This document shows, piece by piece, positions 24,294-35,496 of a stretch of 64,000 nt of DNA. This DNA is from Amoebidium appalachense. Its lineage: Eukaryota > Protista > Ichthyosporea. The notes beneath the pieces are model-generated. The model searched no databases, was not told the origin of the DNA, and saw only the letters and a program-made list of their open reading frames with translations. Numbering within the stretch: the stretch's first letter is position 1; each line of letters begins with the position of its first letter. Location of the stretch: the NCBI GenBank assembly GCA_963693365.1, contig CAVNZM010000015.1, positions 5,774,624 to 5,838,623 of the forward strand, in the 5' to 3' direction. Made by a program: the position numbers and the translations under genes.

Positions 24294-25603
24294 CAGGGCC
24301 CCGGGGGGTTAGAGTAGGGCAGCTGGGCCCGAGGGAGGGTTTGCAGGGAGGGCAGCGGGGCCCTGTGCAGGGGATGCCCGAGCACGCGCGGGTGTGGGCG
24401 TACACAGAGTTAGAAGAAGGGAGGGAGCGCTAGGTGAGTGTAAGGGGGGGAGGCTCGTGGGATGGGGGGGGAGTAAATTTATGTGCAGTGGCCAGAATAA
24501 CGTCTTTGTGTAGGGACATTTATTCTTGGCGCGCGCGGGCGCCGTAGTTGGCCTGCGAAAAATGTTACTCAGCCCTAGTGCCCCGTTTTTCCCGAGCTCC
24601 GTGTCCTTGGACCCGTGTAACCTAGCTCCTAGCCCCTATGTTCTATCTGTGGGTGTGGGTGTGCGCGTAGACTAGGCATTGTGCTTGCAGTCTTTGCGGG
24701 GGTGTGTGCCAGAGCAGAGCGGGCACACGTGGGAGAAGGGGCAGGGCTGCTTAGCGCAGGACCGACCGTTGTGGAAATTCCTGCAGTGTGTTGCGGGTAG
24801 ATCCACGGGTCGGGCCGGTGGTGCCGGGCCGGGTTGCGGGCCGGGTCGGTTGGGGGTTTGTCCCCCGCCGGGCTTGTGGGGGGGCTCGAAACCATCAAGA
24901 CCACAGCCGGGCTTGGGGTACATGGGGCAGGCCGCGCTGGGGTGGTCGGGGAAGCCGCAACGCTGACATGCGTCCGGGATGAGCAGAGTGGGTGGCAGGA
25001 GGAGATCCTGGTGGAGTTGGGCGAGCAGGTTGGGACACTCGATCGGACCCCGACCCTGTTGGTGGGCAACGGTTCGGGCGTATACGTCATAGTTGTGGAT
25101 CTGGGTCCACGGGTATCGGGTGCTGAGGCGAGTGATGCGTTGGTCAGCCTGTGGCGGAGGTCGCTGCGGGTTAGGCGCTTAGGTGCCGCGGTAGGGGCGG
25201 CGGCTGAGGCCTGGCGCTTTTTTCGGCGGCATGCTGACCGGCGTAGGGAAAGATAGGGAGAAGAAAAGAAAAAGAAAATATAGCTGTAAAGCTGTAGGTG
25301 CTAAACACAGAGGATGTGTTGTTGCTTGCTGATCTGCTAAAAACTGTCGTGCTTATATACCTAAGGCTGCCGAACTGAGCCAATCAAAACCGATCTAGTG
25401 TTATGTGAAATCTTATCCTGAGCCAATCAAACTCGGTCTAGTGATCTGTGGAATCTGATGCTTTGATCGGCTAATAGGTGCCCGTATGCGGGCAGCCGAA
25501 CGCGAACTGCTAAAACATGAAACGAAGCCTGTTGATATCGGACACCCATCCTACGTGTTTACCCAGAAAAATATTTATGTCAATAATTTCCACAAATAAA
25601 ACC
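22197..25603 (-). mobile_element. Ngaro-type YR retrotransposon copy A, non-autonomous (gag partly deleted, RT/RH deleted, YR retained)
   Basis: Both termini are present (GGTTTTATTTG... and ...TTTTCATAGA), with the A1, B1, A2, spacer, B2 layout. Confidence 0.92.
22871..23851 (-). CDS. Tyrosine recombinase of Ngaro copy A (N-terminus frameshifted in an A-run)
   Basis: LLRSGEF, TSKTD, GHSLRIG, GRWSS, LIYTR; near-identical to 62454-63485. Confidence 0.85.
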   Translation of the reverse strand: MPGPESQPQLSGLLLQGTKKKVFIDFCVASRLQSSAGSSLPASPHTVQLFLAWCAQRGVQASSLAGYNSAITRLHLDMGLPAPYPHDKSLAWFFRGVGRWQLSHNIRPRSSTREPLLPSHLSLLHGQCPTKASSTNLRLWTALIVGFCGLLRSGEFTSKTLTSFDPSRHVKRKDVTFTYTPTGTLSHATLHLPTSKTDVQARGVNVTLAALPLTHFSPAHLLRQFLDTTSGQPNDPLFSLGGIPYTKSAFSADFRALLSRAGLSPSRFAGHSLRIGGPTALAEAGVDDSRIKQLGRWSSDCFLIYTRLRPASIAATTTRVFASILK

Positions 25604-27190
25604 ATTCTTGAGCCGCCTTCTTGGGCTTAGATGCCGGGCTTTGCTGCCCGGCAAGCTCAGGGAAGGCGGCCTTCCACCTGCCCTCGGCGAGTGTCCACAA
25701 GTCCTCGATGGTAAGGCCGGGGTTGGCCTGTTGAATCCGGACAATCTCCTTGGTGATGAAGAGGTGCTTCTGCTGGCCTGGGGAAAAAAAAAAAGATTAG
25801 CAAGGGTGGTAATGAGAGAGGGACGGGGGGGTGTTGTGCTGTCAAGGGGGGAGGGGGGGGGGGGGGGGAAGAGCAGAAACCAAGTCACTTACCAGGGGCA
25901 ATAGCTGGCTTCTCGCCGCCCTGCTGAGGTGGAACCACCTCTTCCGCCTCACTCTCCGACTCCTCTGCCTCATCCGCCGAATAGTTCGAATCTCGATCGT
26001 CGTCTCCGTTTAGATCAGAACCAACACTGTCGTCTTCTTCCTGATCTTCGGATTCGGGCTCACTTTCGAAAAGATCATCGCCGTCGTCGCTGCTGCCCTC
26101 GATATCCTGACGTGCTTTCTTCTTACTTGCCCCAACACCACTACCCGCCTTGCGCTTATTACTACCTTCCGCAAACGTAGCGGCCAGATCGAGATCGTCG
26201 TCGGGTTGCACCGTTTTGGTGGCTTTGCCATTTTGTTTTACTGGAACTCTTGCTTTCGAGCCTTTGGAAGTGGCTTTAGTAGTAGCCTTATTCTTTGTGA
26301 CATATACTAATCCGTCTCAGCAGATTAGCCTAAGTCTACGATCGAGATCGGGGGGGGGGGGGGGGGGGGGGGTGGCCCGGGTCCACAGATCATCAAGATC
26401 AAGTCCGGGGCCTCAAGATAGCTGTACAGCTGCGTGCATCTTGCCTCTTGCCGGCGCAGGGCATTGGACCACGTCAGCCGGGACAGCCGTCCAATAGAAT
26501 TCTAATTAGTGTGTAGGATAGATCGTAGGAGGACTTAGGAATGTGATTGTTCGGGCAGAAGCCCTTTTGTAAGTATTGGCAAGGTTTGATAGTGTATGTT
26601 GCCAAACGTATTTATATATTTAGATGTAGAGGAAAGGGGGGGAGGGAGGGGGGGGGAGGATAGTATGAAATGTAGATTTAGACTCTGCGGTGCCACTAGG
26701 GGGAGGGTGAGGGGTGAGACATGGATAAATATATTAGTTGAGTAGATCGACTTAGCTCGTGCAGGCGCACGATACAAGTAGATCGGAATGTTTGGAATGT
26801 GGCATCGTAGGGGGCCAGGTGATGATGATCATCATGATCTTTGAGGGCACGGCCTTGATGGCCTCAGTTGTAACTTAGTCTCATTCCGTACGGATCTAAG
26901 TTTGCCCGTCGGAGCCTGGTCTGAATAAACTTTACCGTTTTTCCGTACACGTTCGTTCCTTTTCGTGTGTGTACACTTAGTAGAGTGCCGCGTCTCTAGT
27001 ACACATGCATTAGGATACGACAAGCTACACCTTTCTTTTAGTGCGGTTTTTCGCGCTAGGGTAACGCGGTGACAGTTCCTTCTGGGCTGTTGCTACACCT
27101 CAAACACACAGAAAAAAAAAACAAAAAAAAAAAAAACAAAAAAACAAAAAAACAAAAAACAAATAAACACAACCACCCGAACACCACACA

Positions 27191-28528
27191 ATGGCTAAGT
27201 TTAACGTAGACATGTTCTACGCATTGGCAGCGGAGGATAGCTCCCTGCACACACAGGTACCACAGGTTCATACACTAGACGTTAGACAGACCACAGCTTT
27301 CAGTTTTACACTCAAACACGACTCGGAAATACCTAGGTGGCTTAGGACACTCCTAGCTAACACACCCACACTAGTGTTAGACACAAAGAAGGCCCCCACT
27401 GTGGCGGCCTCGTGCTTAATGATCAAACAGTGCATCGACCACAAAACAATGGCCGACTTATGCACCCTGATGGAGGAGCACCCGTACCGGGCCGAGCAGG
27501 CCCCCCAGGTGACGGCTCGTATATACGAGCAGCAGTACGACGAGGGGAGGGACGAGATGGTGTCCCGGACACTCGGCCAGAAACGTCTGGCCGCACGGTT
27601 CATCCCCGACGACGAGGACGAGAACAGCACCGACGACGTGGACGGGGAGCTCGAGGCCTTCACACGGCCGGAAAACGAGCTCGAGTATACGGCCCGGCAC
27701 GTCGGCCGATACCTGACGGCCGACCGGCGCCGTACCTTCCGGGCCCAGCTCAGAGAATGGAAGTATACCTTTCCCACTTTAGATATGTCCCCCGTAGAAG
27801 CTCGTGCATTCTTTGAGAGGGAATATCGGGTCTTTGAAGACCTTTGTGAGTTAGCTGGTGACGTGAGTGATAGGGAAAAATTCGAGTTTGCTCGTAAGGC
27901 TCTCTCTGTAAACACAGACACTGCACGCATGTTTGGGGAGCATGATGATGTAGATGAGGTGGTGTTGCATGTTAAACGTCACTTGCTTGCCATGCACGAG
28001 GTGAAGTTCAATAAGAGGGATAAAAAGGAGGTGATGGAAGTAGACAAGAAAAAGAAGGAGAGTGGACAGAAGGGGGAAAAAGAGGAAAAAGAGGGTGAAC
28101 AGCCAGATGCACTCACCATGTTGGTCAAGCAGGTTGCCGAGCTCTCCCAGGCCGTCTTTTCTGGCCGAGGGGGCTTCGGCTTCCGGGGTGGCCGTGGCGG
28201 CGACCGGGGTGGACACGGCGGTCGTGGCCGAGGTGGACCGGTGGAGGACAACAGCAGCAGTTCACCGAGAGGTTTGCCCCTTATCTTGCTCGTGGTGGTG
28301 GGCAGGGTAGAGGGAGGGGGTGGAAATGGTGGTGAGAGAGGCCGAGGGGGGCAGGGGGGAAGGGGGGGCCGTGGTGCACACGGTGGGCCCCCCCAGCATG
28401 ACCGGGCTCCCGGTTATGCTTTGCGCCAAGGTTTTGAAGTCCCCCCTGGCCCCTTCTTTGGTGCATGTTACTTTTGTGGCCGGCAAGGGCACTCTGCTGC
28501 ATATTGCCGTAGTTACAAGAGCTATTGA
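27191..28528 (+). CDS. gag: Gypsy gag
   Basis: 445-aa ATG-initiated ORF with an RGG-rich region and a terminal CYFCGRQGHSAAYC knuckle. Confidence 0.85.
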   Translation: MAKFNVDMFYALAAEDSSLHTQVPQVHTLDVRQTTAFSFTLKHDSEIPRWLRTLLANTPTLVLDTKKAPTVAASCLMIKQCIDHKTMADLCTLMEEHPYRAEQAPQVTARIYEQQYDEGRDEMVSRTLGQKRLAARFIPDDEDENSTDDVDGELEAFTRPENELEYTARHVGRYLTADRRRTFRAQLREWKYTFPTLDMSPVEARAFFEREYRVFEDLCELAGDVSDREKFEFARKALSVNTDTARMFGEHDDVDEVVLHVKRHLLAMHEVKFNKRDKKEVMEVDKKKKESGQKGEKEEKEGEQPDALTMLVKQVAELSQAVFSGRGGFGFRGGRGGDRGGHGGRGRGGPVEDNSSSSPRGLPLILLVVVGRVEGGGGNGGERGRGGQGGRGGRGAHGGPPQHDRAPGYALRQGFEVPPGPFFGACYFCGRQGHSAAYCRSYKSY

Positions 28529-28663
28529 GTTCCGGGGGAGGGGGAAGCTGGGGTCACTGAGGGAGGGGGGGGGGACAGTATCGGTCCCCCCCAGGTTGCA
28601 GAGAACCTTCACCCTCCCCCACCCCAGGTTAAGCTTCCCTTTGCCCCCTCACCGCCCCGATAC

Positions 28664-31600
28664 GTGTGGGAGCCGGGCATCGTCGTGGGTCCTCAAGACA
28701 GCGTCGAGGTGGTATGGCATGAATGTTTGTGGGGTGACTCTACCAAAGGTATGAATGGTATGAACTTCGTTTTGTGGTTGGGGGAGGTTCCCCAGCCACA
28801 AGTGGATGGTCTCAGTGTTTCTTGTCCCAACCCGGTGTTTGTTCTAACCACACCGGAGGGGGTTTCTGTGCCATTGTTTCCGGGAGGGGGGGGGACACAC
28901 ACGAGTAAAGGGGAAAGGGGGGGGAAGGCACAGACACGTAGAAACACACCACCACAACAACATACGACGGTTGCAGACACACCTACACCCACACACACAC
29001 CCACACATACACCAAACACACACACACCACCCACCCACACATCACACCCACACACTCAACCACCACCCACACCACATACACACCCCACCCCACCCGTGCA
29101 GGCACCACAGGTAGGTATGTTGCACGTAGGTATCGAGGGTGTGAGTCTTCGTGGGCAGGGATTGGGTGTGAGTGATGATGTGTTGCTTGAATTGGAGGAA
29201 GATTTAGTTGGTTTTAGCCGGCATTATATAGACGTATGGTTAGCTGATGGTAAGTTGAAGGCTGTTGCTTTGCTCGATGGAGGGGCTCAGGTTAATTGTG
29301 TGCATGCTTCGTTTATTCGTCGTTTTAATCAGGCCGGGGGGGAAATTCCTATTTTAGATGCTTCTAGCACAGCCTTAGGTAGTGCTAATAACAGTAGTAT
29401 GTCTGTGGAAGGTGTTTGTGTGTTGCCGTGTGAGATAGGTGGCCAGGCTATGCATATTGCTTGTTATGTGGTTAAGGATTTAGCTCAAAGTGTTTTGTTG
29501 GGAGCCCCATTTTTCCGTAGACATGTGAATGCTTTGTTTGAACGTACAAATGTTTTAGAATTGCAGTCCGGCGTTAAAATTAAAACCCATGATGGGCTCG
29601 ACGGTTATCAGTCTGGTGCTAGAACGGTAGCTGAAGTAGTAATCGAGCCTTATCAGTGCCAAACGGTACGTGTCCGGGCCGGCAATCATGTTAGGATAGG
29701 GGATTTAGGGGTTTTTACTCCGAAAACCCCATTTCAGGAGGTGGCCCAATGGACCCTTAGTAGGGTATGGCCGGATAAGACAATAGAAATAGAATTAGTG
29801 AATCCGGGCATCGAGCCTATAGTGATTAGGTCAGGTGTTTCCGTCGGTAGTTTCACTAATGAGATTGGTAGTATAGAGGTCTCTCTTATTACCCAAAAGG
29901 AGGATGCCGGCTCGAAGGGTGACTCAGGAGGAGGGGGAACAACTTTATTTAACGTTAGCCACCAAAATGTCACCCGACACGATGGGGGGGGGGACCGGGA
30001 CAGCACCGGTCCCACTCCCCCGACCCCCAAGAGGAAGGAGGGTCACCCCGGGTGTGAGAATGTGCAGGCAGGGGGGGAGGGTGTTGGTCTAACCCGTGGA
30101 TCTGAAGGGTTAACCAACACACGGTGGGGGGCAGGGTGGCCACAGACCTGGCCCCCCACAAACATGCACTAACTCATCAGGAATTGCCCGGGGGCATGGG
30201 TGTGCCGGGGGGAGGGGGGGGGGTGCTAAGGGTGACCGCCTATATCCGGAGGTACCCCCACCTCACCCCGAGCAGCACCGATGTAATACAGGAGGTGAAA
30301 TGTTAAGTGGCACTCCGGTGAATAAGGATGCATCCACTTGTGATGGGGGTAACCCGGAGTTAGTATTGCCGTTTGGTATGAAGGAGGGGGATTGGACGGT
30401 AGAACAGAAAAAGTTGTTAGCTAAGTTATTTGATAGGACTCGGTTTGCATTTCTGGCCGATGATAACGAAGTAGGCTTCGTTAAAGGGTTTGAAATGCAG
30501 ATCGACACACTGGCAGGTGATAATAGGCCGGTAGTGATGCCTAGCTATAGAATGGAGCAGTATAAATTGTCGGATGCGCTAATAATAGTGAGTGATATGT
30601 TAAAAAAGGGTCATGTGGAGCATAGTTCGAGTCCGTGGAGAAGTCCGGTGCTATTGGTTAAGAAGCCCGACGGGTCTTGGCGTCTAGTGAACGATTACAG
30701 GGCTCTGAATCGGATCACTAAGGCAGACCAATGGCCTCTCCCTAACATAGACGAGCAGCTTTCACAGCTGCACGGCTATACTCACTTTGCTAAACTTGAT
30801 TTAAAAGCAGCTTTTTGGCAGATAAGGTTGGAGGAGAGCAGCAAGGAGAAGACTGCCTTTGCACTGGGTGACCAGCTGTTCCAGTACAAGGTGGTGCCGA
30901 TGGGTTTGCTCTCCTCTCCAGCTATGTTGTGCCGGGTAATGTATAAAATTCTCCACCCTCATTTGGATGTATGCCACCCTTATTTGGATGATGTTTTAAT
31001 TAAAGGTAGGTCATTTGAGGAGCTAGTTAATAATTGTGAAAAAGTATTTTTAGCTTTGGGTGAGTCTGGTCTTCGTATTAGCGGTAGCAAGACTGTGATT
31101 GGTGTGCCGGAGGTTAAGTTTTTAGGTCATATTGTGTCTAGTAATGGTCTTTCCCCTGATCCGGAGAAAATCCGGGCCATAGTTGAGTGGCCCCGTCCTC
31201 AGACTGTCACTCAACTAAGGCAATTTTTAGGTTTAACTAATTATCTTCGTCGTTATATTAAGGATTATAGTATGCTTGCTTTGCCGTTAACTAGTCAGAC
31301 GGGGGGGGAGAAGAAGAATCGAATAGATTGGAATGTTGATGCTGTTTCTGCTTTCGAAAAGCTTAAGTTAGCTTTGCAGTCTTCGAGTATGCTTGTTCAT
31401 CCTGATTTTTCGGCCGGGGGGGGGATGTTTAAAGTTCGGTGTGATGCAAGTAAGGTTGCTGAGGGGGCCGTGTTATATCAAGTGCAGGAGGGGCAGGATA
31501 GAGTGATTGCTTATGCTAGTCGTTCATTTAGTAAAAGTGAACGTAGATATAGCAATCCGGAGAGAGAGTCCCATGCTATCTTTTGGGCAGTCTCACAGGC

Positions 31601-33477
31601 ATGGAGGTATATACTCGCAGGCAGGACGTTTTGAGGTCTACACCGACCACAAGCCCTGCCTAGCCATGGCCGGCACCACTCGTCTGGTGAACGAGAGGAT
31701 GCAGAAGTGGGCCGCGGCTCTCGGTGAGTTCTCCTATAAATTGTTTTATGCCAAGGGTGAAACAATGGTTGACTGTGATGCTCTCTCTCGTGCTGCTTAT
31801 ATTTTGTTTGAAGAAGAGAAGGAGGGGGAGGGGGGGGCTAGTGAGACTCTGAGACGGGGGGGGAGGGGGGAAGGGGGGGGAGAGTGAGCAGAAAGGAATA
31901 GATGCTGTGTCTGTTGATGTGTCTTCTTGGGCTCCAGGGTTGCTTGCTTATAAGTGTAGGGGAGGGGGGGGGAGGTATTTGTCAGTGTCTGAGGTCGGGA
32001 CCGAGTCTCATGGTTCGGCCCCTGCCTTAGCACCTACGGCTTTGATCTTAGCTCAGGAGGAAGATGTGTTGATTGGTCTGGTTAAGAATTATTTAAAGGG
32101 GCCGGTTGATTCGATTAAATTTAAAAATAAAAGGCAGATGATTAAGGTAGCTAAGTTAGCAAAAATGTGTCAGGTAGAGCAGGATTTAGTTTATCATTGT
32201 TCTGGGCCAGACGGACACCGAGTTTGGGTCCCGACGGCACTTGTGCCTGAGGTTTTGCATATGGTGCATGAGCATCCCATGGCTGGTCATTTAGGTGTAA
32301 ATAGGACGTTGCTTCGTGTTAATCGTTCGTATTTTTGGCCGGGTATGAGTAGGGAGGTGAGGGATTATGTGTTGTCATGCATGCATTGTCAGGAAAGGAA
32401 TGAGAGTCCCCACTCTCGTTCCCGCCCGTCGTTTATTAGGGATTTTAATGTTCGTATGTTTGAAAGGGTAGCAGTGGATGTGGTCGGTCCTAAAAATTTT
32501 AATTCTACGGTTGAGGGTAACACTGTTCTTGTTACCGTCACCGATGTGGCCACTCGTTGGGTTGAAGTTTTTCCTCTCCCCACTGCTAATGCCGTTTTGT
32601 TTGCTCGTATTTTTGTGGATGAAATTTGTCTTAGGTTTGGTTGTCCTCGTGTTTTGTTAACGGATAGGAGTTGTGTGTTTTTAAATCAGTTGGTGTCGGA
32701 GGTGTGTAAAATTTTAAGGGTAGCTCACTAATCACTACGTCTGCATATCACCCTCAAGCAAATGCCATCTCTGAACGTGTGCATGCAGTGTTTCAGAAGT
32801 CCTTGGGCAAAATGGTGGATGTGGAGGCTAATGATTGGGATCATATGTCTAGGTTTATTGCTCATTCATATAATTCTACCCCTCATGCTGTGACTGGTTT
32901 TTCTCCGTTTTATTTGGTCTATGGGCAGGAGGCTATTAGTTTGTTAGATACGGCACTTTTGCCGATGGGGGGGCTGTTCGACTAACTTATCCCCACTGGA
33001 CTGAGTTCCGGGAACAGCTACTAACCCGGGCCCGGGCTGCACGTGATGCAGCTCTGGCCCGTACACAGCAGGCACAGACACGGGCAGACGTGTCCACACG
33101 TCCGTTACGTGAATTTGCCGAGGGTACTTTAGTTTTAATTAGGGATCATACTAGGAAAAAGAGATATAAGCAGGAGCAGGAAGGTAAGGGTGAAGGTGAA
33201 GGTCTTCGTAGGTATGGTAAGAAATGGTTGCCTCTTTTCATTGGCCCGTATAAAATAGTGGCTAGGTTAGGTCCGACGGAATATAAGGTGCAGAGGTTAG
33301 ATAATGAGAGTGATGTTAGATTTTATAATGTAGATGATATAAAGGAATATTATGATAGGGCCCTTAGGGTTAAAAGGCCGGAGGGCCGTGGAGTGTTAGA
33401 TGCATTCACCCCCGACTATGACGGGTCGGTGGATGTATCGGAGGCTGCAGTAGATAAAATTAGCACCGATGCAGAGC
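28664..33477 (+). pseudogene. pol: Gypsy pol (protease, RT, RNase H, integrase with GPY/F), frameshifted
   Basis: ALLDGGAQVN; SPWRSPVLLVKKPDGSWRLVNDYRALN, YLDD; CDAS, ERESHAI, TDHKP; HEHPMAGH..CMHC, AVDVVGP, LTDRS, GPYKI. Several frameshifts and a stop. Confidence 0.92.
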
Positions 33478-33886
33478 GGTTTTATTTGTGGAAATTATTG
33501 ACATAAATATTTTTCTGGGTAAACACGTAGGATGGGTGTCCGATATCAACATAACCATGTAGGCTTCGTTTCATGTTTTAGCAGTTCGCGTTCGGCTGCC
33601 CGCATACGGGCACCTATTAGCCGATCAAAACATCAGATTCCACAGATCACTAGACCGAGTTTGATTGGCTCAGGATAAGATTTCACATAACACTAGATCG
33701 GTTTTGATTGGCTCAGTTCGGTAGCCTTAGGTATATAAGCACGACAGTTTTTAGCAGATCAGCAAGCAACAAACACATCTTCTGTGTTTAGCACCTACAG
33801 CTTTACAGCTATATTTTCTTTAATTTCTTTTTGTTTCAGCTATATTTTCTTTTTCACTCTCCCTATCTTTCCGTACGCCGGTCAGC

Positions 33887-35058
33887 ATGCCGCCGAAAAA
33901 GCGCCAGGCCTCAGCCACCGCCCCTGCCGCGGCACCCAAGCGCCTGACCCGCAGCGACCTCCGCCACAGGCTGACCAACGCTCCCGCGGACACTGACGCG
34001 CCTCCAGCGGCCCATACCACCACGGACCCGGACCCGCCGGCTACTCTCCCCTCCCCTCCTGAAGTCCCCCCTCAGGCCCCGCCGTCCCCGCAGATGACTT
34101 CTCAAGACGCCGTCCTTGCCGCCCTCACCGCCATCAGCACCCAGATGGCTGGCGTCCTGGCTGCTCTCACCAACCGCGACCCTCCCGCGCCCCCCGCCGC
34201 GCCCTCCGCACCCGGGGAGGTTTCCCCGGGGCTGCATCTCGGCCCTGACCTAGACCTACCTGCCCTGCCCGCGCCCCCCATCACAGGTGAGAACACTGGC
34301 GACATTCAGCCGGGCACACTCCCGCTTCCCCCCCGCGGATGTGCTGGCAGATTTGCGCGCCAATCGTTTCGTCGACCTGTATAAGTTCACCCCCGCCGCC
34401 CTCCTGGCCCCATCCAAGAAAGGTCAGCATCTGCGCATGGCCGACGACGGCAGCATCGAGACTTTTCGCCAAGACAAACCCGTTCCCCTGCGTTCACTCG
34501 TCATTTGGATCCAAGCTTGGACCCATTACATGGCCGCCAAGCACCACCTCGGCCTCCCCACGGACAAAGACGTACTTTGGACTCAGCACATCACTCGCCT
34601 CAGCACCCGATACCCGTGGGCCCAGATCCACAACTATGACGTATACGCCCGAACCGTTGCCCACCAGCAGGGTCGGGCTCCGATCGAGTGTCCCAACCTG
34701 CTCGCCCAACTCCACCAGGATCTCCTCCTGCCACCCACTCTGCTCATCCCGGACGCATGTCAGCGCTGCTGGCTTCCCCGACCACCCCAGCGCGGCCTGC
34801 CCCATGTACCCCAAGCCCGGCTGTGGTCTTGACGGCTTTAAGCCGCCCCACAAGCCCGGCGGGGGTCAAACCCCTAACCGCCCTGGCCCGCAACCCGGCC
34901 CGGCAAAACCGGCCCGACCCGTGGATCTACCCGCGACGCACTGCAGGAATTTCCACATTAACGGTCGGTCCTGCGCTAAGCAGCCCTGCCCCTTCTCCCA
35001 CGTGTGCCCGCTCTGCTCTGGCACACACCCCCGCAAAGACTGCAAGCACAATGCCTAG
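33887..35058 (+). pseudogene. gag: Ngaro B gag (two small frameshifts)
   Basis: Near-identical to the intact gag at 59095-60264. Confidence 0.85.
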
Positions 35059-35337
35059 TCTACGCGCACACCCACACACACAGCTAGAACATAGGGGTTA
35101 GGAGCTAGGACACACGAGTACAGGGAAACGGAGCTCGGGAGAACGGGCCAATAGGGCTGAGTACAAAATTTCGCAGGCCAACTACGGCGCCCGCGCGCGT
35201 CAAGAATAAATGTCCCTACACAAAGACGTTTATTCTGGCCACTGCACATAATTTTACTCCCCCCCCCCCATCCCACGAGCCTCCCCCCCCCCCTTACACT
35301 CACCTAGCACTCCCTCCCCCCCCCTTCTTCTACCTCT

Positions 35338-35453
35338 GTGTCCGCCCACACCCCCGCGTGCTCGGGCACATTCCCCTGCACAGGGCCCCGCTGCCCTCCC
35401 TGCCAACCCTCACTCGGGCCCAGCTGCCCTACTCTAACCCCCCCGGGGCCCTG

Positions 35454-35496
<43 letters not shown>

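Larger units (their letters stand above)
18815..26315 (-). pseudogene. Spliced gene of unknown function with a basic/acidic N-terminus and an HMG-box/YABBY-like motif, interrupted by Ngaro copy A
   Basis: Exons: ~26315-25893, 25777-25604 joined to 22196-22117, 21235-20962, 20272-20087, 19856-19698, 19006-18815, with GT-AG borders. One small exon is probably missing between 22117 and 21235 (phase mismatch), and the start is not found. Removing the Ngaro copy restores the frame (AAQE-F-DRKRP). Confidence 0.7.
26500..33477 (+). mobile_element. Gypsy LTR retrotransposon, 3' end cut off by Ngaro copy B
   Basis: gag-PR-RT-RH-IN order. The 5' LTR probably ends ...GATACGACA at 27022, the same end as the LTR at 12139; its start is not identified. 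Confidence 0.9.
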
